From assembly GCF_963921235.1 (NCBI RefSeq), contig NC_086108.1:30382001-30446000 (forward strand): DNA of 64,000 nt. Reading direction: 5' to 3'. The notes under the pieces were generated by a model that saw only the letters and a program-made list of their open reading frames with translations, was not told the DNA's origin and made no database searches. Shown here piece by piece: positions 14,043-27,451 of the stretch. The stretch's first letter is position 1. Every line of letters begins with the position of its first letter. Made by a program: the position numbers and the translations under genes. The stretch comes from Mobula hypostoma. Lineage: Eukaryota.

Positions 14043-14777
14043 TTTGAGTTGAGAAGTTTGATGTTGACAGATGTGGTCCAGCAGGCAACAACTCTGTACT
14101 GATGAGCAGGCACTGTGACTCCTGTAACCCTACTCCTTGGGAACAAGGATAAGCCTTTTGGTTAAGAAAATATTTCAATAATTAGACATAATGAACATAT
14201 CTGGGTTTCTAAATACATCCATTAATTTTTATCCATTATGCTTAATTTTTCAATAAAATGTTTCACAGATTTTTGCATGACTAAAATGTGAATGTTGCAA
14301 TAAATTGAATTATGATTAAACAAAGTTTGGATTTAATATTAAAAATATAAAGCAACTCTAAGAATCCATAAGTGACAATCAAAACATTACAGATGCTGGA
14401 AACCTGCAATAAAAATAGAGAATGCTAGAGATATTCAGCACTTATGGAAATTATGATGAAGGGTCTTTGACTTGAAATATTAATTCTGTTTCTCTGCCTG
14501 CATGTGCTGTTGGATGTTTCCGACATGTTCTGTTCTTATTTAAGAATCTATATCTGGGATTGTCTGACTAAAGTATTGTCAGACCCTCTGTTAAAAAACT
14601 GAAGAAGTATCCATAAGATGGACAGAACATCTTTTCAGATGTAAAGGCCTCCTTTTGTTGTATTTTCAAAGTTATCCTTTTGTGAAAAATTAGAAGTGGA
14701 GTAACAAAACTCTGGAACTACTAAAAGGTGTGACCAGCAGCAACAAAACAGAATGGAAAGCTGCATCATTGTCTGGT

Positions 14778-14778
<1 letters not shown>

Positions 14779-14838
<60 letters not shown>

Positions 14839-14847
14839 GTGTGTGTG
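14779..14847. repeat. (TG)n/(TA)n microsatellite
   Basis: Directly visible. Confidence 0.95.
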
Positions 14848-14884
14848 GGGGGGTGGGGGATGGGGGTGGCTGGGGATGATCACG

Positions 14885-15345
14885 GGGAGCTACTGCACAG
14901 GATCAAAATAAAGTTGCAGAAAGTTGTAAAATTAGTCAGGCTTATCAAGGGTACTAGCCTCTGTCATATCTAAGACACCTTCAAGGAGCACTATCTCACA
15001 AAAGCGGCTTCCATCATTACAAACCCCCATTACCCAGGGCACGCCCGCTTCTCATTGTTACCATCAGGAAGGAGGTACAGAAGCCTGAAGGTACACACCC
15101 AGCAATTCAAGAACAGCTTCTTCCCCCTGCTATATGATTCCTAACGGACAGTGAACCCATGAGCACAACCTGACTACTTTTTAAAAAATTATTTTTCTGA
15201 TTTTTGCACTACTTATTTAACATAACTGTTTAATATACATATATATAAAATTACCATATTTCAGGTTTGTTTCTATATTTATCATGTATTGCATTGTACT
15301 GCTGCTGCAAAGTTTACACATTTCACAACACTTGCCAGTGATATA
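14885..15345 (+). mobile_element. Rex1/Babar 3' fragment
   Basis: LPSGRRYRSLK..NSFFP motif. Closely similar to 63058-63490. Confidence 0.75.
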
Positions 15346-15399
15346 TGGATGTTGTTTGCCGACCAGGAACATTGAGTGATATTTCCAGTTCTGCAGCCA

Positions 15400-16506
15400 G
15401 AATTTGTCTGGAGAGATCTAAATCACATGGATCGAAGTCTGATGACAATAGATGGGTGTGTGAGTAGGGAGAAAGATATGAAGAGGCTTTAAGTAGATAA
15501 CAGCAAACTGAGTGAGTGGTGAAAATGCAGCAGATATAATATAATATGGAAAATATATAGGTTATAGCTAACAAAAGAACAGGGTATTTGTTAAATGGTG
15601 AGAGATTGAAGAATGTTGATGTTCAAAGGGCCTGGTTGTGCTGTTGCACTTTCCAATGGTGCCAGCATGTAGGTGTAGAAAGTATTGTGCTGCTAAATAG
15701 AATGTTAGCATTCATTGCGAGAGCTTTTAAATGCAGGAATAAGGAATTTTAATGCAATTGTATAGGGAATTGGAGAAACTGTACTTGCAGTGTAGTCTAC
15801 AGCTTTAGTCTTATTGCCAGAGGAACAGAGGAAGAATATATTTGGCATAGATGGAGTACAGCAGATTTTCTAGAAATGTCCAGTTTGCTGTAAGAGGAGT
15901 AAAAATAGGCTTTGTATTCTCTGGAGTTAGGAAGGGTGAGATCAGATCTCTTAAACTGCTTGACAGATGTGATGCAAGCAAGACTGGAGACTAGGAATCT
16001 CAGATTCAAAATAAAGAGCAGAAGAACTTACTTCATGTACAGGATGGTAAACTTTTAGAATTCTCTGCTCCTGTAGGGTGTGAAGGCTCAGTCATGGTGT
16101 TCATTCAAAACATAGGCTGGTTAATTTCTGGGCATTCAGGCAATCAATGGATAAGGGAATGCTACTGGTGATTGATACAGAGGTAGAAAGTAGGGTCTTA
16201 GGGGATACTGAGCAATAGAACAGTTTCAGATTACAAGTCCATAGATCTTTAAAGGTAACAACTCAGATAACTAATGTAGTTAGGAAGATATATGGGATAC
16301 TGGCCTTTAGTAGTTGGGACATTGAATATAGGAGTAGGAAGTTTGTGTTCCAACTTTATAAAACTTTGTTCATACCACATCTGGATTACTGCATGCAATT
16401 ATGTATATGCATGGATGCAATTGCACTGAAGAGGGTGTAGAGGAGATTCTCCTGGATGTTGGCTGGAATGGAGCAGTTCCATTAATAAGAGAAAGTGGAG
16501 AGCCTG
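15400..16506 (+). mobile_element. Old CR1 fragments; the last is split by the Gypsy insertion and continues at 21410-21742 and 22423-22485
   Basis: Degenerate CR1 C-terminal motifs (QLYKTLFIPHLDYC..., then EVYKIMR after the provirus). Confidence 0.65.
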
Positions 16507-19500
16507 TGTAATGTACGGATCTATTTCTTTTAGAGCAATGACTCCCCCACGCATGTGTATCTATCGCTTGTCTACACATGCACATTGTTCCCTCCCTTTC
16601 TTTTGTTGCAATGTGAATACACCAGTTAAAGCCATCTGCCATGTGCATGCCTTTATTTACTTGATGTGTAGTTGTACAGACAAGACAAATTGGTGATGTT
16701 TATAAACCAACTACACCGAGAGTTATGGGATGAAACAGCTAGGGTTAAACAGTGCAGAAGGTCACAGACACTAACAAAGGGGCACTGCAATAACACGGCA
16801 TAGTACACGGTTGAAGACACGCAACCAGCCAAGTTAAAGTGAGAATAACGTCACGTTGGCTTCAATCGGGACAGTTGATGAACCTGATAGTGCTAATGAA
16901 GGCTGGGATTCACATATTGAGAGGGTGAAACTGTATTGTAAAGTGAACAATATGGAGGATCAAAAGAAAACCCCTACACTTCTTAACTTAATGGGTCCTA
17001 GGAGATGCGGTCTCTCACGCAACTTAGTAACCCCTGAAAAGCCAGCACGCAAGATGTTCGAAAAAATTGTTACAATTTTACAAAATCACTTGCCCTAAGC
17101 TGCTGGTATATAGTTGAGAGATTTAGCCTTTTCAAAAGAAACCAATGAAAGGATGAAAGCATTTCTGAATACATTGCAGAACTGCCCAAACTTTCCCAGT
17201 ACTGTGACTTTAGAGATGGACTTTCTGATGCATTAAGGGACAGGCTTGTATGTGGCATGCATAGTCACAGCACTCAATAGAGGCTACTGTCCAAAAGAGA
17301 CCTAACCTTACAGCAGGCGATGACCAATGCAATATCGTTAGAGACTGCAGCAAAGGATGCAGCAGAACTGCAGGAAAAGAGGTTAGAATGTGAATTGCAC
17401 AAAATGTCCCTGAATGGTGCAAAAAGCCAAAAATGTTATCGATGTGGCAAATCCTCTGATGATGCAAATGACTGTTGGTTCAAAAACAAGTTTGCAGAAA
17501 AATTCACTGACATGGTCATGTAGAGAGAGTGAGTAAATCAGACAAAAAGCACAACCAAAGAGAAAAACCACACCGTGAAAAGTCTCACACATAAAACAAA
17601 ACAAGTACATAAAGTGACCAAATGTGAAACAGAATCAGATAGCACAGAGCCTGACAAAGGTGAGCTGTCATGCCTAGAAGTGCATAGTATTACTGAAGCA
17701 CGGATCACAATGGATGTGCCTGGTGTAAAGCTGAAAATGAAGCTGGACATAGAGTCGGCTTTGTCTGTAATTTTACAGGCTGAATACTCTGCACCATTTT
17801 CAAGGATACCATTAGAGAAGACCTCAGTGATGATAAAGACCTACATAGGTGAGAAAGTGTCTGCCAAAGGCAAACTGAAGGTGATTGTGACGTATGGAAT
17901 TCAAACACTGCAGTTAGATCTTTATGTATTGAGAAGTGGATGGCCAGCACTCCGGGATGTGAAACTTTAAGAAAAACCCAATTAGACTGACACTTAATCA
18001 AAGCTCTCAGTGTAACATCAACAGGCAACGACAGCCCAAGTGGTAGCAGCTGCTTAATGCTAATATGAAGGTGTCTGAGAAGGGAACTCAAAGGCATGAA
18101 TGCCAGAATTGAACTGGATGAACCAGCAAGACCTAGATTCCATAAAGCATGTCCAGTGTCTTACACATTATGCCCTAAAGTGGATGCTGAACTTCAGAGC
18201 TTGGAGGTGTCTGGAATTCTCTCTAAGGTTAGGTGGACTGATTAGGCCATTCTCAGTGTCCCAGTGATCAAGAAAGGGAAGGCCAGAGCTGTTTGCATAT
18301 GTAGAGATTTCAAAGTGAGCATCAACCTGGTGCTGTGTACTGTGCAGTATCCCCTGCCATGAATAGAATACATTTTTGCATCTGTGGGGTGGGGAGAGGT
18401 TTTTAAAGTTTGACTTATCACAAACCTATATGAAAATGGAGATTGAGGAGGCAAGCAGGAAGATTCTCACAATCAACATTCACAATGGACACGGTATAAT
18501 CGCCTCGTCCTTGGCGTTGCATCAGCTCCGGAAACTTGGCAAAGAGCAATCGACCAAGTGTTCCAGGATATCCCAGGAACACAATGTTACCTTGGTGACA
18601 TCATCTTGATTGGCAAAAATGATGAAGAGCACCCTCAGAACCTTGGTAAAGTGCTTACCAGGCTGTGTGAGTGTGGTCTGAATGCAAAGAGAGAGAGATG
18701 TGTGTGTTTCAAGAATGAAATCTCATGTTGAGGACATGTCATTGACAAGTATGGCTTGCATGATCCACAAGAGAAGGTTGAAGCAGTGCTACATGCATCC
18801 AAACCAAAAAAGTGTCACACCTCAGGTCATACTTGGGCCTTGTAAACTAATACCATTGGTTTCTCCCAAACTTTGCTACAGTGCTGCACCCATTGAATGC
18901 ACTGTTCCGGACAGGATCAAGTGGAAATGGTCAGAAGGATGTGAAAAAGCATTCAAGTAAACAAAGAGACTAAAACTTCAGATGATATGCTCTCCCTTTA
19001 TGATCCATCTCAGCCCATCAGACTGGTAAGCGATCATCTCCTTATGGCCTTGGGACTGTTTTGTCACATACTATGAAAGATGGACCTGAACTTCCAATCG
19101 CATTTGCTTCAAGTTCATTGACGAGCACAGCACGCAACTATGCACATGTCAACCAAGAGGCCCTTAGTCTAGTATGGAGAATAAAGAAGTTCCACCACTA
19201 CCTCTAGCAACAAAAGTTTATGCTGGTGACAGATCACCAACTCCTTGTGTCTATTTTCAATTCCAGGAAGGGAATTCCAGTGATGACTGCTACTTGCTTG
19301 CAACGTTGGGCACTGTTCTTAGGAGCCCACTCTTATGACATGGAGTTCAAAGGTACAAGACAACACATCAATGCTGATAGTTTGTCACATCTTTCACTCT
19401 TGACAACTGAAGAAAAAAAGTCTTCGTACTGTGACCCAGCAGAAATATTTCCCATTGTATTGGTGAACCAGTTGCCATTAACAAATTCGGAAATACAAAG

Positions 19501-21409
19501 AGAAACAAGGTATGGCCCAACATTGTCTAAAGTCTATGACATCACTACGCAAGGATGACCAACCCATGGTAACCCTGTATTTCCAGAGCTCTCACACAAG
19601 CCCAACTGTCGATGTGTCAAAGAACACCGATGTGTGGATCTCGTGCTATGGTTCCCTCTGAATTGCACACCAGAGAGTTAGAAAATCTGCGTGAAGAACA
19701 CCAGAATGTATTCTATTCATGGCAGGGGATACTGCACAGTACACAGCACCAGGCTGATGTTCACTTTGAAATCTCTACATATGAGAACAGCTCTGGCCTT
19801 CCCTTTCTTGATCACTGGGACAATGAGAATGGCCCAATCACTCCACTCAACCTTAGAGAGAATTCCAGACACCTCCAAGCTCTGAAGTTCAGCATCCACT
19901 TTAGGACATAATGTGTAAGACACTGGACATGCTTTATGGAATCTAGGTCTTGCTGGTTCATCCAGTTCAATTCTGGCATTCATGCCTTTGAGTTCCCTCT
20001 CAAACACCTTCATATTAGTATTATCAGCCGTGACAGTCAAGATGAAGAGCCTTGCCTGGAGCTATGTGTGATGGCTGTGAATTGATAAACAGAGTGAAGA
20101 CTTGGCCAAAAGCTGTTCAGGTTGCCAAAAAGTTCAAAATGCACACCACAGGCACCATTACCCCCCATGGAAGTGACAGTCTTCACCATGGCAAAGAGTA
20201 CATATTGACTTTGCTGGGTCATTTGTGGACTCCACATTTCTGATTGCTGTGGATGCTCATTCAAAGTGGCCGGAGGTGATACCAAGGAATTCAGCCACCT
20301 CAGCAAATACTGTTTCTGCTTTGAGGACTATCTTCACCAGAAATGGCTTACTTGAACCAATTGTGAGTGACAACAGACCATGATAGGTGTCAGAAGAATT
20401 CTAGCTGTTCATGAAGAAAAATTTCATCAGACATTTCAAGTCAACTCCTCACCACCCAGCACTGAATGGGTTCGCTGAAAGGTTTATCCAAACATTCAAG
20501 AAGTCCATTACAGCAATGGACAAGGAGGGCATTTCTCTACAGCACAAGGTGAACAACTTCCATTTTGTGTTTCAGAGCTCCGTTCATGCGATGACAAATC
20601 AAACACCTGCAATGCTGTTCTTGAACAGGAATCTGGATTTTGCATAGACCTCCCGGAACCAGATCTATGGAGGGAAGTGCAGAATAAACAGTTCAGCCAG
20701 TTGCCAAGTACATCAGCAAGGAGCTTTGAGATTGGACAGGGTGTCCTAGCGTGTGATTATCTAGAAGACAAGTGGACATCTGGTAGAAGAGCTACAAGAA
20801 CTGGACCACTGGCGTACACAGTGGATGTTGGAGATCATACATGGAGACGTCATGTGGACCAGATACTGGAAACTCAAATGAAGAACACACCTGACTTGAT
20901 TGCATCCAACAAGATGGACATGTTACAGCCACCAGACTTACCTCTCAGTGATGATCATGTCACTAACAGCAACATGACACCGGCAACCAAGAACGTTGTC
21001 TTAGGCAAGACACCTGCCAAACCTAATGGCATTCTAAAGGTCCAGAGGTGCTATCCTGAAAGAAGAAGAGCACCACCTAAAGGACTGAATCTTTAGAACA
21101 GTGAAGTTAGTTCTGGACTGTTATGGTGAAAATATGTTTATTTGAATAGGGCTTGTGAAAGGGAAATTGAATATTTTGTACATATACATTTTTACATTAC
21201 ATGAATCCAAGGGGAGGAAGTGTAATGTATGGATCTATTTCTTTTAGAGGAATGACTTCCCTATGTATGCACATTGATCTGCTGTCTACGAATGCACACT
21301 GTTCTCTCTCTCTCTCTCTCTCACTCACTGCAATGTAAATACACCATCTAAAGCCATCTCCCATGTGCGTGCCTTTATTTAATTGATATGTACTTGCACA
21401 GACCCAACA
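16507..21409 (+). mobile_element. Full-length but decayed Ty3/Gypsy LTR retrotransposon (Mag-like gag-PR-RT-RH-INT)
   Basis: TG...CA LTRs at 16507-16687 and 21221-21409. PBS TGG at 16691. PPT AAGGGGAGGAAG at 21209-21220. Flanks GCCTG/GCTTG are an imperfect 5-bp TSD. Remnants include gag CYRCGK, protease MKLDIES, RT YPLP, RH TDHQLL and integrase HHPALNGFAERFIQTFKK. Confidence 0.92.
19705..20028 (-). repeat. Inverted duplicate of 18049-18374 inserted in the Gypsy integrase zinc-finger region
   Basis: Reverse complement matches 18049-18374 with few substitutions. ORF 19717-20040(-) re-encodes ELKGMNARIELDE...QYPLP. Confidence 0.92.
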
Positions 21410-21742
21410 GCTTGGTTCTGTTCTCTATGGACTGGGGCGGGTGAAGATGGGGACATCACTGAGGTATATAAAATTATGAGGGATATAGATAGAGTATACT
21501 GCAGGCAGCCTTCCTCATAGCAGAAGAAGGTAAAACCAGAGGAGGTGGATTTAAGCTAAGGGGCTTAGAGATACAGAGGGCATATAAGGGAAATATTCTT
21601 CCCATTGAGAGTGATACCTGGAATGGACTTCCTGAGAGGATGGTTGAGGCTGGATCACCAACAGTATTTTAAAGAGTGTCTAGATTGAGCAGTTGAATCA
21701 CTGAAACCGGGGGCCAAGTGCTGGGAGATGGGATTAATATAG

Positions 21743-22422
21743 GGTCATGTTCCGGTTGGTTAACTACTCATTTCAGTTAATTTCCTTTTCCCTGTGTTCC
21801 ACCAGGCTCCTTGATTAGGGCACCTGAGCTTCATCCGAACCGGCAGGATAAAAACCCCGGTTTACAGCTACTCGGGGCTGGTCCGTCACCGTAGCCAGAG
21901 CGGCGATGAATGTTACAAGCCGCCAAGAATAAGGGACCATCTTCTGAGCCACCAAGAATAAGGGACTGTCTTCCGAGCTGCCAAGAATTAGGGACTGTCT
22001 TCATTAGCTCCTCCGTGTTAAGAAACGTATTGTCTGTCGTTGTTTGTTTTTGTCGTCTCGTGTCCAGCTGAGTGCAGCTGGACACTTTGCGGCTTTGCGG
22101 TAATGCACCATTAAGCTGGATGCCAACCGCCGTAAAACAAGAGATACACTTTGCTGCTGCTCTGAGCCGGGATGCCAGTGGTCTGTCGTTGTTTGTAATT
22201 GTTCGGCTTGTGTCCAGCTGAGTGCAGCTGGCTGTTTTGCCGCTGCTGCAAGCCAGGATGCGAGTGATCCGTCGTTGTTTTGTTTTGTAGGCTCTGAGTT
22301 CCAGTCCCAGTCAAGGCTCCGAGTCCCAGTCATGTCCAAGTCCGTCTCTGTGTCAAGTCTCTGTGCCTGTGTCCTGCACTTGGGTCCGCTTCCTCTGCTT
22401 CCAGTCGCCGCGCATTGCAACA
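21743..22422 (+). mobile_element. Solo LTR (680 bp) with 5-bp TSD
   Basis: TATAG flanks both sides (21738-21742 and 22423-22427). Ends in CAACA and starts GGTCA (TG mutated). Internal tandem repeats. Interrupts a CR1 3' UTR. Confidence 0.8.
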
Positions 22423-23135
22423 TATAGAGTGTTTCTTGCTGGATGGCCCAAACGTCCTGTTTTCTTTCTGTATAATTCTATATCTGTGTAACTCTAAGAT
22501 TAGCCATAATATTGATAAATGTTGGAGCTGCCACAAGGGTCTGGATGATTTCCATCTGCCCTCATTTTGCAGGTTCTTAAGCTCCTCAACAAAATTAATT
22601 TAATTACCTTTACATGACAAAGTGCAACCTGAATAATGCCACTCTATCACTTCCCTCACTTAGTCACAGCTCGAGAGAAAAGTCTGACTTTTGCAACTAT
22701 TGGCCAAAGTTCAAAATGGTTTCCTTGGGATGTGGGAAAGTTCCTTAACGTCCTGTTTTGGAACAGATCTCAGCCAGCTGTTAAACATTAACAGAACACA
22801 GTACAACAGGCTATCTCTGGGTAACAAATGGATCCTTTTTCTTTATACACATCCACAAATCAATTTTATCTCTTTACACCAAAATCACTCCTTATGGTAA
22901 CCACATGAACCTACACCATTATAATGAATGGCATCAATATCATATAAAAATAAGGAAGAACAATTACTAAAAGTAGAGAAAGGGAACAAAAACTTATACC
23001 ATTCAAAGGAATGAAATAAGTACTTCATTTGGATTTCAAAGATTCAAAGTACATTTAGTATCAAAGTATGAATGCAGTATACAACCCTGAAATTCCTCTT
23101 CCTCACAGACAGCCACAAAATACAGAAAAGCCATG

Positions 23136-25728
23136 CTGTGTACATACATCTACTGATGCCTCTGGACACATCTTCAGTGATGTTCCTGGAATCATCGGGT
23201 GTTTCGGGTCTTTCAACATCATACAACCTCCTCCAGGTGACCCAGCCGGAGCTGATCAGACCCCAGCTTGTGTCCAGATGGCTAGCTACTTATGGCTCCA
23301 TGGCTCCCCTCTTTTGAGCCACAGCCATCTTGAGGCCCTCTCTGCCGCATCGGTGGTACTGCGGATGGCTCTCCTCTTCCTCTCTCCCTCGATGCCCAAA
23401 ATGCTGAAGGCTCTAACTAAAGAATGGACTACGAATCCCCCACAACCAACCTCCACTGGGAGACACCTTGCTCTCCATCTAGCCTGCTGACAGTTGCTGA
23501 CCAGTCCCGCGTACTTGGAGAGCTTCCTTTCAAAGGCCTCTTCCAAGTGATCTTCCCATGGGACTGTCAGCTCCAGTAGCACTACTTGCTTAGTAGACTC
23601 AGACACAAGCACAATGTCTGGTCACAGGGTGGTGGCTGCGATATGATTGGGAACTTCAGCTGCTGTTCGAAGTCCACTAACAGCTGCCAGTCCCTTGCAG
23701 AGGTCAGAATGCCTGCAGATGCTCTTTTGGCGGGTATTGGCTGCTCCCCAGCTCTGACAAAGGCAATGGTCTGCTTGGAGGGTCGGGACTGCTTCGCCCA
23801 CTCAACTCCTGCGCTGACGGCTTCAGCGATGGTCTTCAGGACCTGATCATGCCTCCACCTGTATCGTCCCTCACCAAGTGCCCTTGCGCAGCCACTGAGG
23901 ATGTGCTCCAGGGTTCCTCGCTTGGAGCACAGTGGGCACGCAGATGACTCTGCCTTGCGCCATGTGTGCAGGTTTGATGGGCTTGGAAGCACATCGTACA
24001 CTACCTGGATGAGAAATTGGATGCAGTGTGGCTCGGCTTTCCAAAGATCAGCCCAGGTCACTTTCCTCTCAACCGCATTCTCCCATCTTGTCCAAGCTCC
24101 CTGTTGCTTCATTCCCACCGCCTTGCAGGCTCCCATCTCCTCCATTACTGCTCTCACCTCCTCCTGAACTAGACGACGCCTTTCCTTCCCTCTGGTGTCC
24201 ATTTGGGGGGTTGGAAAGGATCCTAGCCCAGCTCGGCCTCGTGTGACCACTTCCACCAGCCTCCTGTGATGAAGCCTCGCCTCTGCCTCCTGAACAGCTT
24301 CCTCTGCCCTCCACTTCCTGCCAGTACTTACTTGGATCCCTGCTGTAGCCACCTTCAGGTCACTTGAGTCCCTATACTGTAGCACTTCTCTGGCTCTTGT
24401 TACCTTGAATTCTTCCTCCAAGGATTTGAAGGGCAGTTGCAGTTTGTTGTGGTGTCCATAGAGTGCGATGCTGCTCAGGCTCTTTGGCAGCCCCAGCCAT
24501 CTCCTGAGGTGGTTGCTAACCCTCCTCTCTAAGGTTTCGACTGTCGAGATTGGAACTGCATGGACGAGGAAGGGCCACAGGATTCTGGGAAGAATGCCAT
24601 GCTGATACACCCAGGCTTTAAACTTCCCAGGTAGGCCAGACTTGTCCACAGATTTCAGTCAGCCATCCAACTCGGTGTAGGTTGCCTGAATGGATGTTGT
24701 GTCCCTTAAAGAGCTGTCAAAAACCTTACCTAAGCTCTTGACTGGCTTTTCTGTAATGGTTGGGATGGCTGTGCCTGAGATGCTGAACCGGAACTTGTTC
24801 TCCACCTTCCCTTTCCTCAGCACCATCAATCTTGATTTAGCAGGTTTGAAATGCATCTGGGCCCACTCCACCAGCTTTTTGAGCCCCTGCAGAATCCTCC
24901 GGCAGCCTGGGACTGATTCTGTGGTGACTGTGAGGTCATCCATGAATACCCTGATAGGTGGTTGTCGTTGAGCGGAATTCATTCTGGGCCCTCTGCACTC
25001 TGGTTCAGCGGACTTAGTGAGCATGTTCATGGCTAGGGAGAACAGTGTCACTGAGATAGTGCACCCTGTGATGATGCTGACCTCCACCTTGTGCCAGGTT
25101 GATGTAATTGCTCCTGAAGAGACCCTCATCCTGAAGTTGCTGTAATAATCAGCGATAAGGTCTCTGATTCTGCTGGGGACGTGATGTTTGGTCAGTGTGA
25201 ACTGCACCAGCTTGTGCGGAATGGAGCCGTATACATTTGCCAGGTCGAGCCGCAACACTGACAGGTTGCCCTTGTTCTCTCTGGCCTCCCTGATGAGCTG
25301 TGTCACCACACCAATGTGCTCCAGACAGCCCGGCATCCCTGAAATGCCGCCCTTCTGGACTGATGTATCAATATAGGTGTTCTTTGCTAGGTAGGTGCAC
25401 AGCCGGTTAGAAACTGCACTGAAGAAGATCTTCGCCTCGACACACAGCAGGGCGATGATGCGAAACTGATCTATCTGAGTGGCATTTTCCTCCTTCGGGA
25501 TCCACACCCCTTCAAACACTCTCCACTGTTCTGGGATCTTCCCCCTTCTCCAGAAGATTCTCAGGATCTTCCACAGACGCAGCATGAGTTTGGGGCAGTT
25601 CTTGTACACTTTGTATGAGGTGCTGCTTGGTCCTGGAGCTGGGCTTGCCCTTGCTTTGCGGACGCCCTCAATGACTTCCTTCAACTGCAGCTCTGACATG
25701 TCGAACTGCACATCCGGTTCGGGGGGTC
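23136..25728 (-). mobile_element. HERO-like (R2/NeSL group) non-LTR retrotransposon with RT, CCHC and restriction-like endonuclease; 5'-truncated
   Basis: RT motifs APGPS, LDLANVYGSIPH, GCTIS, FMDD, KSLGK. Zinc knuckle CPLC...EHILSGC, then RYRWRHDQVL and the RLE motif PDIVL...LLELTVPWE...KLSKY. One nonsense codon at 24659-24661, a frameshift near 23645 and a stop just before PD. Confidence 0.88.
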
Positions 25729-26359
25729 AAAGAAAACCCGTTCAAAGAAAAACATCAACCCCCCACACCAAAAAAAAACAGATCACATAAACAGCAACCA
25801 AAAAAAAACAAGCAAAAAACACAGTATGTAAAGCACAAAATCAAAAAGAGACTAGGCAAATTCAATTCAGCCCAGTGTCTATTACCTACAGGCCAACCGG
25901 TTCAAAATCGCTGAAAATCGCAGCAAAAACCAAAGAGCAGGCAGAAACTAGGAAGACGTCATAACGAGAGCTACAGAGTCCAATCCACAAGCCACGTCAA
26001 TTAAGCCTTGCTCCGGCACCATCCTCTGTCAGCTTCAAGGGAGAATGAGAGAGAGCGTTGAAACACAAAGGCCTCTCTCGAGATCATCAAGGGAGAGTGA
26101 GAGCTAGACCATCACACACAGGCACATTAACATTAAGGGGATTGTTCGTGTGTAGGAGTGTGCATTAGCTAGGTTTTTGTTAACCCATGGTTGGCCTGTA
26201 TAGGGTTTTTTATTTTTTTAAATGTATTCATTCACAGGACATAACATCATTGACAAGGCCAGCATTTACTGACCAATTTAAATATTTATTTCTATTTTAT
26301 TTTATTTCATTTTAATATTTATATATGTTTATGTTTTTCATATTTTATTTATTTATATG

Positions 26360-26885
26360 TTTCCAGAATCAGGTTTACTATCACTGATATGCTGTGAAAA
26401 TTTTGTTTTGTGCCAGTGGGACAGCGCGAGGTATAAAAATTACTATAACTTACAATAAATAATTAAATGAACAGAGCAAAAGTGGAAGTTCATGGACCAT
26501 TCACAAATCTGATGGTGGGGGCGGGGGGAAGAAGCTGTGTGTGGGTCTGTTGACTCCGGTAGCTCCTCCCATTGGTGGTGATGAGAAGTGGGGGTGTCAC
26601 AGGTGGTGGGGGTCCGTAATGATGATACCACCTTCTTGAGACACTGCTTTTCAAAAATGTCCTCGATGGTGGGGGGAAGGTTGTGCCTGTGGGGAGCTGG
26701 CTGAGTCTTGAAGCCTCTGCAGCCACTTTCGATCCTGCACATTGGAGCTTCCATACCAGGACATGAAGCAACCAGTTAGAAAGCTCTCCACTGTACATCT
26801 GTTGAAATATTCTTGACTCTGGTGACACACCAAATCTACTGAAACTCCCGAAGAAGCATAGCCACTGGAATACTTTCTTCATAAT
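26360..26885 (-). mobile_element. Rex1/Babar 3' fragment
   Basis: RCTVESFLTGC..WYG and DRK.LQR motifs in the minus-strand ORFs. Confidence 0.75.
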
Positions 26886-27451
26886 TGCTTAATCGTAATT
26901 CCTTATAGTTCCAGCTGGTGGGATTTGCCTTCAGATCAATCACCCCTGGGCTGTGGAAACCTCTTGACAAACTTAGTTACTATGCTTCACATCCCCTCCA
27001 AGTGGACCACAACTTTGTTGTGGGGTTTCGAGGCTTGTGTGACTCAATGACTCAGGGAGCTGTGTTGGCTGGAGTCAGGGCCTTGTGTCGGGTCACCCAT
27101 GCCAAACAGGCCAAAGGATAGAGGCCAAACTAAGAGTGGTCCACCGGTCCTCCAGGTTCGGGGGTTCGACTCAGGGCTAACAAACCTGGCTGGTCAAAGA
27201 ATGTAAGTAAGTGCTTCACATCACCTTTAATTTAGTACTTAACTAACATGAAGAAGGAATTATCTGTTGATAATGATCCATTTAGATATGACAGTATATT
27301 ATTAAACAACACACACAACCTGCTGGAGGAAATCAGCAGGCCTGGCCCCATCTATGGAAAAGAGTAAACAGCTGATGTCTCAGGCCAAAACCCTGCTTCA
27401 GGATTATCAGTGTCAGCATTATACCTGGTGGAGGTTAAAGGAGACAAGTTG

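Noticed and set aside
21918..22002. Three ~29-bp repeats resembling a CRISPR array
   Set aside because: The units are head-to-tail with no unique spacers, there are no cas genes, and they lie inside a eukaryotic solo LTR.
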